64,000 nt of DNA, from assembly GCA_049724395.1 (NCBI GenBank), contig JAUGWO010000107.1, positions 310,001-374,000 on the forward strand, read 5' to 3'. Positions within the stretch are counted from its first letter, which is position 1. Each line of letters begins with the position of its first letter. The position numbers and the translations under genes were made by a program. A model generated the notes under the pieces. The model was not told the origin of the DNA. It did not search any database and worked only from the letters and a program-made list of their open reading frames with translations. This document shows positions 47,311 to 59,688 of this stretch, piece by piece. The DNA is from Spongospora subterranea f. sp. subterranea. Lineage: Eukaryota.

Positions 47311-49937
47311 TTATTTTTTGACGGGTTCTTCACTGAATTCGATGGGAAATGACGACCGAATCCGGCCCCATAGATTGAACCGGACAGATACGATCGCGAC
47401 GGCCGATGTGATCACTGATAGGATGAGACCTCTTCTGCACCACCGTAGCACCTTTCTCCTCTGCCTTTGAGCTGGAGTTGTGGGCAGAAATCCGTCCCTG
47501 AAACACGACATGGTTTAGAATGGCGATTCGGCCGATATCTAGTAATTTTCTTACGGGAGCAGCGCCGCTTCACTTAGGTTCTTGAATAGCCCTCCAAGAT
47601 CCTTTCGGCAGGCGCCGCTTGATAGCGCCACAAGATCGTACATGGCGCAAACGTCCTGCGGATCGAGGCCATCGCCGTCAGCGTCTACTTGCTCAACCGC
47701 CGGTCTATCAGACTTGAATGCCAACATGATATGCGGGACGTTGAATGGTAATCTGTTGTTCTCTCGATAAGCTCAATGCTGAGATGGGTATGATACATGA
47801 ATACTTGGATTTCAACAAGCCGGTGATATATGCTAAAGAATGGGAATCAGTCAGGTCAAACATCAGAAGGACCAGGTTCGCAGAAAGGGACATCCTCAGC
47901 AATTGTCTCATTGACGACTGAAGCAATGGCAGGGACCTTGACACAGCACAAATAAGGGCGTTGGGTATGCGTTGGAATTGCGGTGATACCTCAGTCACTA
48001 TAAAAAACTTGCTCTCATCACCGACTTCATAAAGATCGGTCACGTCAACCATATTCGCCACTGACGCGCAAAACAATTCAGAAACTGTGATTGATAAGCG
48101 CTTTGGATTCGAACCGGTGTGCGGCGATTGAGTGGGGCGATGGGACAAAGCCATCGGCTTGTTCAGCAACCTGTCCAGCAACGCTGATAGCGGCTACAAT
48201 CAATCTCCCAGTAGAGGATACATGGCAGTCAGCATACCACTTTTACCGCATTTACTTGAGCCAAATACAATGCAATGCAGCGTATTTCGCGAAGAAGACG
48301 CTGTGTGCCCGGTTTTGATCGCTTTAACGCATTCAGACACCGAACCAGCTGGATAACCAAGGGAGACAAGAGTCGTGAGGGCAGTTCGCACATCAAAGAA
48401 CGCGAGCAACCTGTGTAAATATGACAATGTGTGAATCCGTTGACAGCGATGTTTGACAAAAACTTACGCAAACTGGGAAAGCCAACCCGATAGGGTCAAC
48501 GAACCAGAAGAGTCAGCTGACACATAATTCCCATAGGCGGGAGGAAAAGGTGGCCCAGCAGCACTTGCGAAAAACAATGATGATAATTCAGCGGAATTCA
48601 AAACACCATCCTCGACAACAATTCAGGCCAACCGTGAAATAGCTTCTAGACAATGCAGAAAACGTACCTCGTCAACATCAAACTGTTTGAACAAGTTATA
48701 CAGCCACCTTAAGCCGTAATCGACCGTTAATTCAAATCGGTCACCAGAACTTATGATTGAAGAAAAGTCGAGAAAATCCTCACGAATTGCCAGATTGTCG
48801 TCATAGCCAAAGACGCGAAGCACCCTCCAAGGAGTTTCTACCTTTCCACGTTCAATAAATAGTTGATGCAGCATATAAAACCCTTGAAGCGTCACACAAT
48901 CATCGACAACAAACGATTCGGACTGAAAACCCAATGAGTTTAATCGTAGCTTTCAAATCCTGGATGCTGCAACGAACCCCTCTCACCCAGCATACGCTTA
49001 ATAATAGCGATATCGCTAGGCTTCAATGGAACTTCGAAACACATGTTCTGGAAGCAATCAAGTTCGACAGAAGAAAGTTTCCCGTCCATATCGGCATCAC
49101 ATTGCCGAAATATCCTGGTCAAGGCCATGATGAAGGGCTTTTTGAGGGTCTGCAGTATCAAGTTAATTTTGAGAAAAATTATACTCTTGTTGTGAGGTGC
49201 CTTTGAACTGCGGTCGAATAAAGGAGCCACAGGATGCGTCACTGATTTTTGTGCAAAATAAAACACTTCGGGAACGTGAATCTGAATCTTTGCTGAACAT
49301 TCAACGCAGTTGGATATCTGAATCAACGATTGAACAGAGGAAACTAATACGACAATTGTTTCGTATAGAACCTTGAAGTCAGCAACAAGTTGTTGAAAAC
49401 GCTTTGTGATGGAGCCTCTGTTTGATTCATCAATGAGATCGATCTTATTGACCGCCAAAACTATTGGAACCTGGGCTTAAAGATTCATTTGGGATCTTCC
49501 GGTCGCAATGAGTGCAACGGTGTTATTACATTGGGATTCAGTTCAGAAAGGAGCGGAAGCCAGTGCGAAAAAATTCGTTCGAGCGACTGTTCCTGGTCTG
49601 CAGCGCAAACAATGGCGGCAACATCGCAGAGGCGGAGCTCGTTTTTGACATTGTCGAATTCGCTCTGTGCAGCTACATACGACATGGAAATTAGACCAAA
49701 AACAGCATCTTCGCATTGAAACAAATTACAAGACGTGTCGATCAATGTGAATTTGATCTTGTCCGGCGTGATATCGGGAGGGACAACGATCGGATGCATG
49801 ACCGATGGAACCGTGGTCGGGAACGCTTCGGAAACCAACGTGCTGCATAATGATGTCTTACCGCATCCTGCATCACCGACCAACGCCAGACGTACAGACT
49901 TTCGCGTCGTATCTCCGGGAAGTGATAAATTCGTCAT
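47311..49937 (-). CDS. RHOT: Mitochondrial Rho GTPase Miro (multi-exon)
   Basis: N-GTPase LVGDAGCGKTSL, ECSAK...EVFYFAQKSVTHPVAPLFD, EF-hand CDADMDGKLSSVEL, LFIERGKVETPWRVLRVFGY, second GTPase VFGSSKCGKS, C-terminal TM anchor. Confidence 0.93.
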
Positions 49938-50107
49938 TTTGCTGCCCGATTTCTAGACGATCATTTAACAGATCAAGATACTTTTCGAATGAAAGTGAAG
50001 CCCTTCTCCGCCGACCCAAGGGGTCCACCAACAACCGGGCTGCGCTTCGTACCACCATTCTCATAGGGCATAGCGCAACCCTATCCAGCGGTCAGATACC
50101 CAACACT

Positions 50108-50220
50108 GTCATTTATGGGTACAGTTACAGTCGCGTGTATTGGTAGAGTTACAGTCATGTATGGGTGCAGTCACAGTCGCGTTTCTTGGTAGAGTTACGG
50201 TCATGTATGTGGTACAGTGA
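50108..50220. repeat. Degenerate minisatellite, ~2.5 x 46 bp (22+24-bp subunits)
   Basis: gtcat(t/g)tatgggt.cagt.aca-gtcgcgt.t.ttggtagagttac. starting at 50108, 50154 and 50200. Confidence 0.85.
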
Positions 50221-50691
50221 TGGTAGTGTAATGGGGTTGCCCCAAAGTCCCAATGCGGATGATCAACTGTTGGATGGCGAAATCACAGGTTGAACAATAT
50301 TTTTGCTGATTGTTCGGAGAGACAAGTCAGGACTTGGGATCCCGGAAATTTGACAATAGTGAGACACAAATATCCAGTAACCTCAGTGTCCAAATCACAC
50401 GAGTTCCAGATGTTCCCGATCAACGCCTGCAACTCTTGGTATCAGTTGGTCGGACAGTCGTTAAGAGAATTGGGTTGGGAACTGAACATCAACGAACCGA
50501 AGAACTCCCGAATTAAGAGTAGGGTCGACACTTCATCTGTGTGTTCTCTGGGATTTACTCTCACACCAGACCGAATCGCATTCAATCTTTCCCCAGATAT
50601 AAACCTGATCTAAACGAAATTTAACGACGATTGTCTGTTGCGCTCATTCCACTTCTCTGGAGATTGACCATTTATTTTTGACTAAATTTGA

Positions 50692-52494
50692 TTAACGTGA
50701 TGGACGACGCCTCGATGTTGACAGTATATCTGCAGAGTGCTGTCGCCTGTTGACGACAGGGAGGTCGACCTCATCGCCCCCATCGTCGTCGTCGAATGCG
50801 GACGCCAAGTCGGGCGGGATGATGGCGACCGTATCGGCCGCGTCCGTTTTCAACAACCGCACGTGATCGGCGTCGGTCATCCGTCGCTGGGCGAGGTGCA
50901 TATTCACATAGCGATTGGTGAACCGCTCCACCCGCTCCAGGAACGCCTCTAGGTTGCCATCGTGCACATTCTCCTTGATCGTCAGCGATTCGTTGGCGTC
51001 GTGCCCGACCACGTTATCCATGAAAAGCCCAACCCGTCGCTTCACCACGTCCATACAGTCGTCGCAGCGCCGCATCTCGGCTTCGTATTCCCGATTACGG
51101 CCGTCAACAATCGCCGCATCCCTGATCACGGAATCAATCAACAAGCCCGTTTTGGCCGGCGTTGACGACGGCGCCTGTACGGAAGGCTGATGGCGAGATT
51201 GCAGGGAGACGATATCGGCCTCGGTCGACTCGATCTGTGAGTTCGTATCCGATAGGTTCGAGAACAGATAGAAGTTGTAGTCCTCCGATTTCATGAACGC
51301 GTCCACAATCTCGTCAACGGAGCACAGTCGCGTCGTCCGCGTGATCTTCATCAGCGACTCCTCGTGCGCCAGGACGTTCCGGGTCATCTCGGCGATCTGG
51401 TGTCGGTAATCGCGCAGGCGAGCATCGGCCGCCATGAACCGCCGCCTCACTTCCTCCTCCTTGTCGGCCTCTTGCGTCATCTGGTCCACCGACTTGATGT
51501 TCTTCTTCTCCTTCGCTCGCTGAACGTCCTCCAGCATCAGCGTCTCCTGCTGCAAGCTGTCCTCGGTCAGCTGTTTCACCAGCTCGTGCCAAGTCGCCTC
51601 GAGCCGGCCCAGCTCGACGAACGCGCTGTCCTTGACCTGGGTCAGGTCGAGACCGATCCGGTTAATCCCGTTGAACAACTGCAGCGTCCGCTCCATCATT
51701 ATCCCCAGATCCCTTTTGTTCTCGTTCAGCTCTCGTTCGTTCCTCAGCACCAGGGTGTCGAACGTCCCCCGCTCTCGTCGCAGGTCGTCAATGGTTTCCC
51801 GCATTGCTTTATTCTGCGATAACGCCTCGCTAAACTTCACCAGAGCCTTGAACAAACAAACCAAAAATCACTGAAAGTGATTTGATATTCTTCAACAAAT
51901 TCAGTCTTTACCGAGTCCAATTTGCTTTCGTCAGCCAGTAAGCGGCGTTCCATGTTGTAAACACTATTCTTCGACGAATTAACATCTAGCGCGATCCGTT
52001 TCTGTTCCGATAGGAACACCCGCTGCTTGTCGATCTTCTTCTCGGTTTCGATGAGAACGTGGGTTTCGCGGGCGATCCTAGCGTGATAGTGCTCCGCCTC
52101 GTTCTGCAGTCGTCCAACCCGTCGCCCGACCGCCCGCCGAACCATCGTGTGCGTCTTGCCCGTCTCCAGGCGCAGATCGTCTTGGGCCGTCGAGCTGATT
52201 TCCTTGAGCCGCGTCAGCTGCAGCATTCGCACATTGGCCAAATGCCCGGTCGATATCCCGGTTTGTTTCCTGTGAATCTCAATCTGTCTGAACCGCCGTT
52301 GTAATGTCTCGATCTCGGCCTGAACGCTATCGACATGCTGTGAATTGACCGTTTCAGCAATTGGGTTTTAAAATCTTGATCCGATATTGGTGGTGTGTTC
52401 CGACCTTTTGGCGCGATATACTCCCAGGGATTACGCCAGCGGTTGGATCAGGGGATCCGTCAACGCTGCCACCATAATGGCCAGCGTCCGACAT
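50692..52494 (-). CDS. Outer dynein arm docking complex subunit DC2 (ODA1/CCDC114/CCDC63-like); start approximate
   Basis: Coiled coil with KFSEALSQNKAMRETIDDLRRERGTFD and FMKSEDYNFYLFSNLSDTNSQIE, matching family motifs KFNEAL..N..LR..ID.LR.ER and F...E..NF.LF. Confidence 0.78.
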
Positions 52495-52869
52495 CAACGC
52501 AACGATTATCCGACCGCCGTCCACCGATGGTAATCGGTCGCCAGCCTGGGGTATCGCTTCAAGACCCGGTCCAACCCGAGACAATTTCTGGGAATGACAG
52601 TGAGTACCAGCGATCAAAGATATCAGGGCCATCACTACTCCATTGGCGCTAAAATAGCGACTTTCGCTGTGCAGCATATGATGTCAGCGAGCCAATCGCA
52701 TCGTGAAATCAAGTGGAATCCAAATCAGAATGCGACGGTGTTGATCTGGAGAAACAAAAAAAAAGGTAATTTTGGAGTATTGATATGATGATCTGTACAA
52801 AACACATTGTTTACCTTTCCTAGAGCTTCATCTACCGAAAAACAATAGGGCTGATGACCTGTAGATCAC

Positions 52870-54140
52870 CCAGAACTGGATTATGAAATTAAGACTGCTT
52901 TGACTGCACAATTTCAGATGTCTGATTTAGGACCCTCTCAAGACTTGCATAGGAATCGAGTATCGATCGAAATGACGCACGTAACTCGGTTTTCATTCAC
53001 CAGGCACAGTACACAGAGCAGATTCTGGAGATGTACGACATGAACTCGTGCAGATCTCAACCTACTCCACCCTCAAATATCAGACTCACCAAGAACATGT
53101 GCCCTACCACCTCTTCAGACCGTGACGCCGTCCTCATCGAACAGGGCCGTATTGAACGAGCTGCTGTGGGTCATCTAATTTGGATGCTCGTGTCGAGGTC
53201 CATAAAGAAGGTTTCTCGTATCTTGACTTTAGACTGTTCAGCTGATTCACGTTTGAATTTCAGGGCAGCAGCTTCTTTATCGAAAATAAAAGTTGCTGCC
53301 CTGATATTCAAACGTGAATCAGCTGAACAGTCTAAGTCAAGATACGAGAAACCGTCTTTAAGGACCTCCATACGACGCACGTCCACATATAGCCTATGCC
53401 GTCGGCGAAGTGTCACGATATGTCCAAGATCGTGGCCAGGCCCATTTTACCGCGATTAAACGTATTTTCCGATATCTGAAGGGTACCATTCAGTACGGAT
53501 TGTTATTCCAACGGCAATGTAATTCATCCAAGCTGACACTAACAGGATATTCCGTTCCGATTGTGCCGGCGATGTCGATACACGAAGATCAACATCTGGG
53601 TACATTTTTCTCTCAACGGGTGTCCCATTTCCTTCAAAGTCAAGAAACAGACGTCGACAGCATTGTCCTCTTGCGAAGCCGAGACTATCGCATGTTCTCT
53701 GGCAGGTGCTGAAGCTATAAGGTGACGCAATGTCATGTCCGAAATTGGTTTCAGACAAGACCCGGCAACTGTGTTATTTCAGGACAATGAGGGATCCATC
53801 GCCTTCTCAACATGCGAGATGAATCACTCTAAAATGAAACACATTGCCTTGCGAGAGCATTTCTTCCGAGACCTGGTAACCGACAAGACTTTTTCACCAA
53901 CTTATGTTCCGACCACGGAAAATCTGGCTTGATATTTTCACGAAGCCCTTAGGTCGGATGAAGTTTGCTGAATTTTGAAGCAAAATTTGCTGTATGCCTA
54001 AAAATGTACTCGTACAAGTTTACGGTTGAGGGGGGAGTTAAAGCATGGTTCATACTGTATATCAACCTATACATAGTTTACGGCCTCCGTACGGACTAAA
54101 CTCCGCTCGTGCAACTAAAATAAACCCTCTCACTTCGTTC
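52870..54140 (+). mobile_element. Ty1/copia RT-RNase H relic with PPT and LTR remnant
   Basis: FQMSDLGP, RAAVGHLIW...TRPHIAYAVGEVSRY, AIKRIFRYLKGT, ALSSCEAE, QDNEGSIA...KMKHI, then polypurine tract gagggggag near 54029-54038. Confidence 0.9.
53195..53368. mobile_element. Fold-back (hairpin) MITE-like insertion in the copia RT
   Basis: ~85-bp arms nearly reverse-complementary around a few-nt loop; removing it restores the copia motif LIWMLV..TRP.IAYAV. Confidence 0.85.
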
Positions 54141-54143
54141 ATT

Positions 54144-54383
54144 AACAAAAGCCGCCATGTCTTTAAAACGTTCGTTATTTTTGTTTCTGGCCGGCGAGCA
54201 TTGCCTTGCCCTGGGCAGCTCCTCCTGTGACAAGCAGGAAATTCTCAGGATTGTCCAAAAACGTCACTATTGCCAGGATCTCGGTTTTGCTGGTGCGGTT
54301 GCGACCGATGGTGTAGACCTTTCCTGGCATCGTTATCTCAATTGATAAATCCAAAATCTGCGCCCACGGGAAATCCGAATCTT
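54144..54383 (-). repeat. Inverted duplicate of 54507-54744 (Harbinger 5' end and ORF1 start)
   Basis: ~240-bp reverse-complement near identity, spacer ~123 bp. Confidence 0.95.
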
Positions 54384-54489
54384 CCACTTCATGATTACCC
54401 GGATTAGTGCGTTAAGGGGATAAAACTTCTTTTTTTTTTTTGACCTCTTCGGCATTACTGACCAACAAAAACACTGGTGCCATTGCATT

Positions 54490-56715
54490 ATAGCCGCCCG
54501 AAATCTAAGATTCGGATTTCCCGTGGGCGCAGATTTGGATTTATCAATTGAGATAACGATGCCCGGAAAGGTCTACACCATCGGTCGCAACCGCACCAGC
54601 AAAACCGAGATCTGGCAATAGTGACGTTTTTGGACAATCCTGAGAATTTCCTGCTTGTCACAGGAGGAGCTGCCCAGGGCAAGGCAATGCTCGCCGGCCA
54701 GAAGTAAAAATAACGAAAGTTTTGAAGACATGGCGGCTTTTGTTGATTCTATAATTAATCAGAAAGACCGCCATTGGTCCCATGAGGACGCTAAGAGCCG
54801 TTATAACAGCTACTGGAAACTGTACAAGAAAACCAGGAAAGAACGGTCACAAACCGGATGGGGCGTTGACGACAAAGACAGAACCAAAGATATCCTCACA
54901 ATTGAGGATAAGCTCGAGGCGCAATGTCCCTTTTACTCGCGCATGGACGCGTTGTTTGGTCACCGGCAGAATACTGCACCATCCGCTGTTGATGAATTTT
55001 TTAACACGTTCTCAAGCGGTGGCCAAACTATTTCGTCGGAGAGTGATATCGATTCCGAAAATTCAAATGACGTTGAAGAGGAAGATATTGATGATCCCCA
55101 CTCGCTGAACAATGCTTTTGAGAGCCAAGTTTCTTTGGATCCTCGTGACGAGAGAGTCCAGTCGCCTGACCCCGTGCTCGATTTTACAGTAACTGAGAAA
55201 AGTAGCGCCGGCCGGTCGATTACGTCATCGCGTCGCCATCCATTCAAAAGATGCAAATCAAAAATGGAGTTTCCTCTCCACAATACCCCTCAAAATATTC
55301 TCCCGAAGAATCAAAAAAAGGATTTTGCCGCTGTCTTGGCCGAAATTCAAGTCAATCAACTTGAGTTTGACCGCCAGAAACTGGACAGAGAAATGGCCTT
55401 ACAGGAAAAACATGCAGCGATCGAAGCCCAGAAGCGGGAAGATCAATCACTTTTAGCAATACAGGTTGCCAAAGGCAACATGGTGGTCAGTCTCAAGCAG
55501 GCGGGCCACAGCATTGAAGAGATAAAGGAAGCTTTATTCCTTGTGTTTCCATAAAAAGTTATGCCATTGCTTGTGTTTCCTTAAAATGTTATGCCCAGTA
55601 ATGCAGTACCTTCTGTTGATTGTCCCGACGCCACTGTTGAAGGGAATCATGAATGATTTGACCCTCCTAAGAGAAAAACCCTGAATTGCCAAACTGATTC
55701 TGGCCAAGACTGAAATAACTCTCGGGGTCTTTGTGGACGTGTCCTGATTCCCATATACTTGAATCATGAACTGATCCTGGCCAACCAGCGATAAGATAAC
55801 GAATTTGCCGTTTGTGATCGAATGTAAGCATCACATTCATGGAGTATGTGCACTTTCTGTTATAGTGCACCTCACCATCAAGGTTTGGCTTCTGAGCCAG
55901 AACGACATGAGTGCCATCGGTTGATAAGATACAATTATCGAAGCCGAATTCTGTCAGATTAAAGGCGCTTAATTTTTTTCTTTTGGAGGCATCAGGCCAA
56001 TAAATATACTTCAAAGAAAGGTTCTTCAAGGCATGAATCACTCGTTTGCTGTACAAGAGCTTCCGTAACCTATTCCTTTGGCCCTGGCAACTCTACCGAC
56101 CGCTGATCCATTTCCAAAATGGCCAATATCGATCAAGAGCACAGGCCAACTGAATCCATGTCTCACGCTGCGGGCAGGTAGAATTATTGTGAAATATTGG
56201 GTCGTCTGCAGAATGTCAGCGTGAGTTTACTTTCTACTTACGTAGGGAAACTACCTTCAATTTCGTGCAGAATGAAAGCAAAAGTTTGCTGACAAACTCT
56301 AACTTCTTGAATGAACTCATCAACTTCAAGCAAGGGCAAAATTTTTAAAGCTCCCAGCGCTTTGTTGAGTTTACGTCGAGTGTTGATAAAGCGCTGCTCC
56401 ATGACCCCTGCTTTAACAACCATTAGCATGTTTGCTGTTTTGCGGGCCCGAGCTGCTACGACAGGGTTTGAGTATCGAAACAACACCACCAGAATGACTA
56501 AAGCGCTATCAAGGTCCCTCAACAATCGGCTTCTTTCGGAAACTCGCACCATCAGGTCCCCCAATTTCAAAACGGATCTTACGCTGATTTTGGTGTGCGG
56601 GCAAACCGAATTTTCCCGCCATTTATTCGCCATAAATATGAGATTCGGTCGTTCAAACAGGTTTGGTAGCCCCTACTCCTGAGTGTCTTAATTAAGATTC
56701 GGATTTCCGGGCACA
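54490..56715. mobile_element. PIF/Harbinger transposon relic with two convergent ORFs
   Basis: Minus-strand DDE transposase pieces (DGTHVVLAQKP, YNRKCTYSMNV, GWPGSVHDSSIW, GNSGF) at ~55560-56550; plus-strand Myb/SANT-like ORF; aagattcggatttcc motif near both ends. Confidence 0.85.
54559..55554 (+). pseudogene. Harbinger ORF1, Myb/SANT-like DNA-binding protein (one frameshift near 54612)
   Basis: W..EDAKSRYNSY...SQTGWGV...LEAQCPFYSRMDALFGHRQN. ATG at 54559; 1-nt deletion relative to the inverted copy (gagatctgg vs gagatcctgg). Confidence 0.75.
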
Positions 56716-56979
56716 TATACATTTTTTTTGTGATTGATTTCAACACATTTGTGTTATGTCTGTAGTGCCCATATCTACTCACTGTCGCCATGAATTTTCA
56801 TTTTACCGTCGAATAAATTATACTTCTATCGATCCGATTTCCCTTTGTCTTTCTTCTTCTTCTCCCGTTTTTCTTCTTTATCTCCTTCCGCCCTCGGCAT
56901 CAGTGATCACTGTCCCTCTTAAGGGCTTCCTGGATCCACTTCTTCTTCCGATAGTCTCCGTTCTTCGTTTTATTCTGTT

Positions 56980-59080
56980 ATGGAGCTGGCCGGAACGATC
57001 GTTCCGCTTCCACCCGCCCAACTTACCTCCTACGCCATCCCTGACATCATCGTTTTTCTAAACAATTATAAAGCGTTCGTGGACGACCTCTCCGATTTCA
57101 ACGCCGGACGTGGTACTGCTGTGACCCCCCGACCAATTCGTAAATTAATTGACCGAATGTTATTGGCTGCCATAGTTCAGTTTAGAATTCGGGATGTCGC
57201 CGGCATCTCCGTCGCCAACGCGACTGACGAAAGACTTTTGCGACTTCTGCGTGAACGTTCTGGACAAAACGAAATCGCCTCTTCCTTTGGTCCCGATGCG
57301 TGTTTCGACGGCCTGCGAATGGATGTCCGACAACAGGATCCAAAGCTTCGCGTGTTTAGTTTATTTGAGAAATCCGTTTCGACGTCCCGAGATGCTGGTC
57401 TGACCGACTTGTTTCAACGGGAGCCGTTAGGTGTCGGCAATTATCGCTGCGCTTGAGCCCGTCCAGTTCAAATCGGCTATGGAACGTCGTCTCAAAACCG
57501 ACAGGATTGTCCTCAACAATGATCCCGACGCACTCTATCCCTTCAAAGCTATAGCGTATCATAGTTTTCACCCCTCAATATCCGAACCCGTTCTACCGAC
57601 AACGCTGGAGCTAACGGTGGAGCTCACGCTCGTGACCGAACAAGTGGTTTCTCGAGCAATTTCTCTCCGCCTCTTTGCCTTAATCCGGCCTATGCCGCGC
57701 GAGAGAGCATCACCTCGTTCGCAACTGCCGAGCCCTCACCAACGACGAGCGACGACGTCTTCTTCGCGAACTTCACGACGCTCGCCAAAGTCTACCGCCT
57801 CGAACTTCGTCCACCAGCTACCAACGTCGGGGATCCACGGCGCCAGATACGTCGGTGAGCCAATGACGCCCCACGTCTGTTGCTGCGTACGGCCGTCGTT
57901 CGCATGAGATCGCGCCCAGCTCCCAGTACCCTAACACTCGACATACCACGTCTATGGCGAACGGTTCAGTATCTCCGCGTTTTCTTTCTGAAACTAATGG
58001 GTTTCCCCCGTCGTCGAATCAGCCACCAGCATCACCGCGGTCGTCGCGACCACCCGGCCCGAATATAAGTAGCTCTGTTCACCTTGCAACCGAAAGAACT
58101 GAAGTAGGTGACGATTTTACTCCCAGTAGTCCCCCCGAAAACTAACCGTCAAGTTTCCATATTGACCAACCAGGGCTACCGTATCGACAACCGATGCTAC
58201 CATCTTTGGCGATACGGTAGGTAAGTACGTCCCCATCGGGAACTCCTACCAATTCCGTGACTCTGTCGATTCGCGATCTCGCCTTGGATGTCGTGGCGAC
58301 TGATCTGAACTTACTCTCCTGACAACGTGAAATGGTGCGAGCTTAAAGTTCTCGCGGTAGCTGGCGGTGTCGAAGTCCCTACTCGGAGAATCAACGTACC
58401 GTTCCATGGAATCTCTGGGAAAGCGGAACGTTCGTCTCTTCAAGCCAAGGTCGATATCAGCATCAATACTTCTGAGGATCCCGTGATTATGCGCCGGACA
58501 TGGATATACATCAGCGACGGCGACCTTCCATCCTTCCTGATTGGGGACCCGTTTCTCTGCAAATTCGGCGTCGATGTACGCGCCCAGCTAACTCAACTGG
58601 ACAAGCGGTTTTATTGACGAATCCGTCCCTGAGTCTGCTTACGCCGTTCATTTTGACGACAGTCTGCCAGACCGCTGACGGCCGAAATTGACGATGCCTA
58701 TGCTGACGTACCCTTCGGCATCGATGACCCGCTGACATCTCTTTCGTGCCTTCGACGTAATTATTAATAAGACTCGTGCAGCCGATGCTCCGTCCGCATT
58801 CCTCCGAGAAGCCTCCATTTTGCTCTACGAATACCGCGATGTATATCGAAACAAACTCGGCCCTGATCCACTCGCCGACCTGCCTCAACTGGCAATGCGT
58901 TTGTAACCAGATGCTCAATCTTTCTGTCATCGCGCGCGTAACGGCACCACGCTACCAACACTTTCTGATCCGTTTCTGTGTGCTAGTGAGTTTTGGATAC
59001 ATCCGCCCGCTTCCCAATTCCCGTTTCTCTTCCGCGCTGTATTTGACGTCGGGCAGCCTGGAAATATGCGGATAGACCAC
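56980..59080 (+). mobile_element. Degenerate Ty3/gypsy gag-protease-RT(5') fragment
   Basis: Gag-like ORF 56980-57456, protease tail FLIGDPFLCKFGVDVRAQL, RT start EYRDVYRNKLGPDP and FGYIRPLPNSRFSSA. Confidence 0.7.
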
Positions 59081-59141
59081 TTCGAGGATCGTGGCTCACC
59101 AAAAACAAACGACAGCATCTATTTTATCATGATAATAAACT

Positions 59142-59441
59142 CCGATTTTCAATTTTTGACCAAAAATAAAATCATTTTGACGCTCTCAGAGCGTTCAACG
59201 CTTTCTATTGCGTTTGTTGACATCTCTGTTTTCAACGGCGAATTCAATTTTTGTCAGTGCCCACGCAGTATTTCACCTGGCCGACCAAGTTTAGAAACCC
59301 CGATTTGAAATTTTTGACCAAAAACAAAATCGTTTTGACGCTCTCAGAGCGTTAAACGCTTTCTGTTGCGTTCGTTGACTTGTCTGTTTTCAAAGGCGAA
59401 TTCTATTTCTGTCAGTGGCCACGCAGAATTTCACCTGGCCG
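59142..59441. repeat. Direct repeat, 2 x ~142 bp with 158-bp period
   Basis: ccgattt..aatttttgaccaaaaa.aaaatc.ttttgacgctctcagagcgtt...tttcacctggccg at 59142-59283 and 59300-59441. Confidence 0.92.
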
Positions 59442-59688
59442 TCAGTTTCTGCAATCGGCGACGTTCCGCCTTGATGTCGGGGCGATATCGTTTAGGGTTT
59501 CTACAATCTGCGACGTTCCTCCTTGATGGCGTGTTTGTTGTTGGTGTTGCGTCGGTTTGGTGAAATGGCGCGCTGGTACTGATTCTGCTGTGGATTTTAG
59601 TTATCGAAAACGGTTCATCGATGCATTGAATTTGAATCGGTCAGGTCAGCTTTAGATATCTGTTTGCCAATTTCCCCAATTATTACTA

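Noticed and set aside
5399..49937. Functional cluster of mitochondrial genes (PPR, EndoG, ATP23, ferrochelatase, PCBD, Miro)
   Set aside because: They are interspersed with unrelated genes and share no pathway; enrichment cannot be shown from one window.
50230..50613. Reverse transcriptase or RdRP fragment (NADD, LGWELNINEPK, SLGFTL)
   Set aside because: The motif-like words lie in different frames with wrong spacing and no upstream RT motifs.
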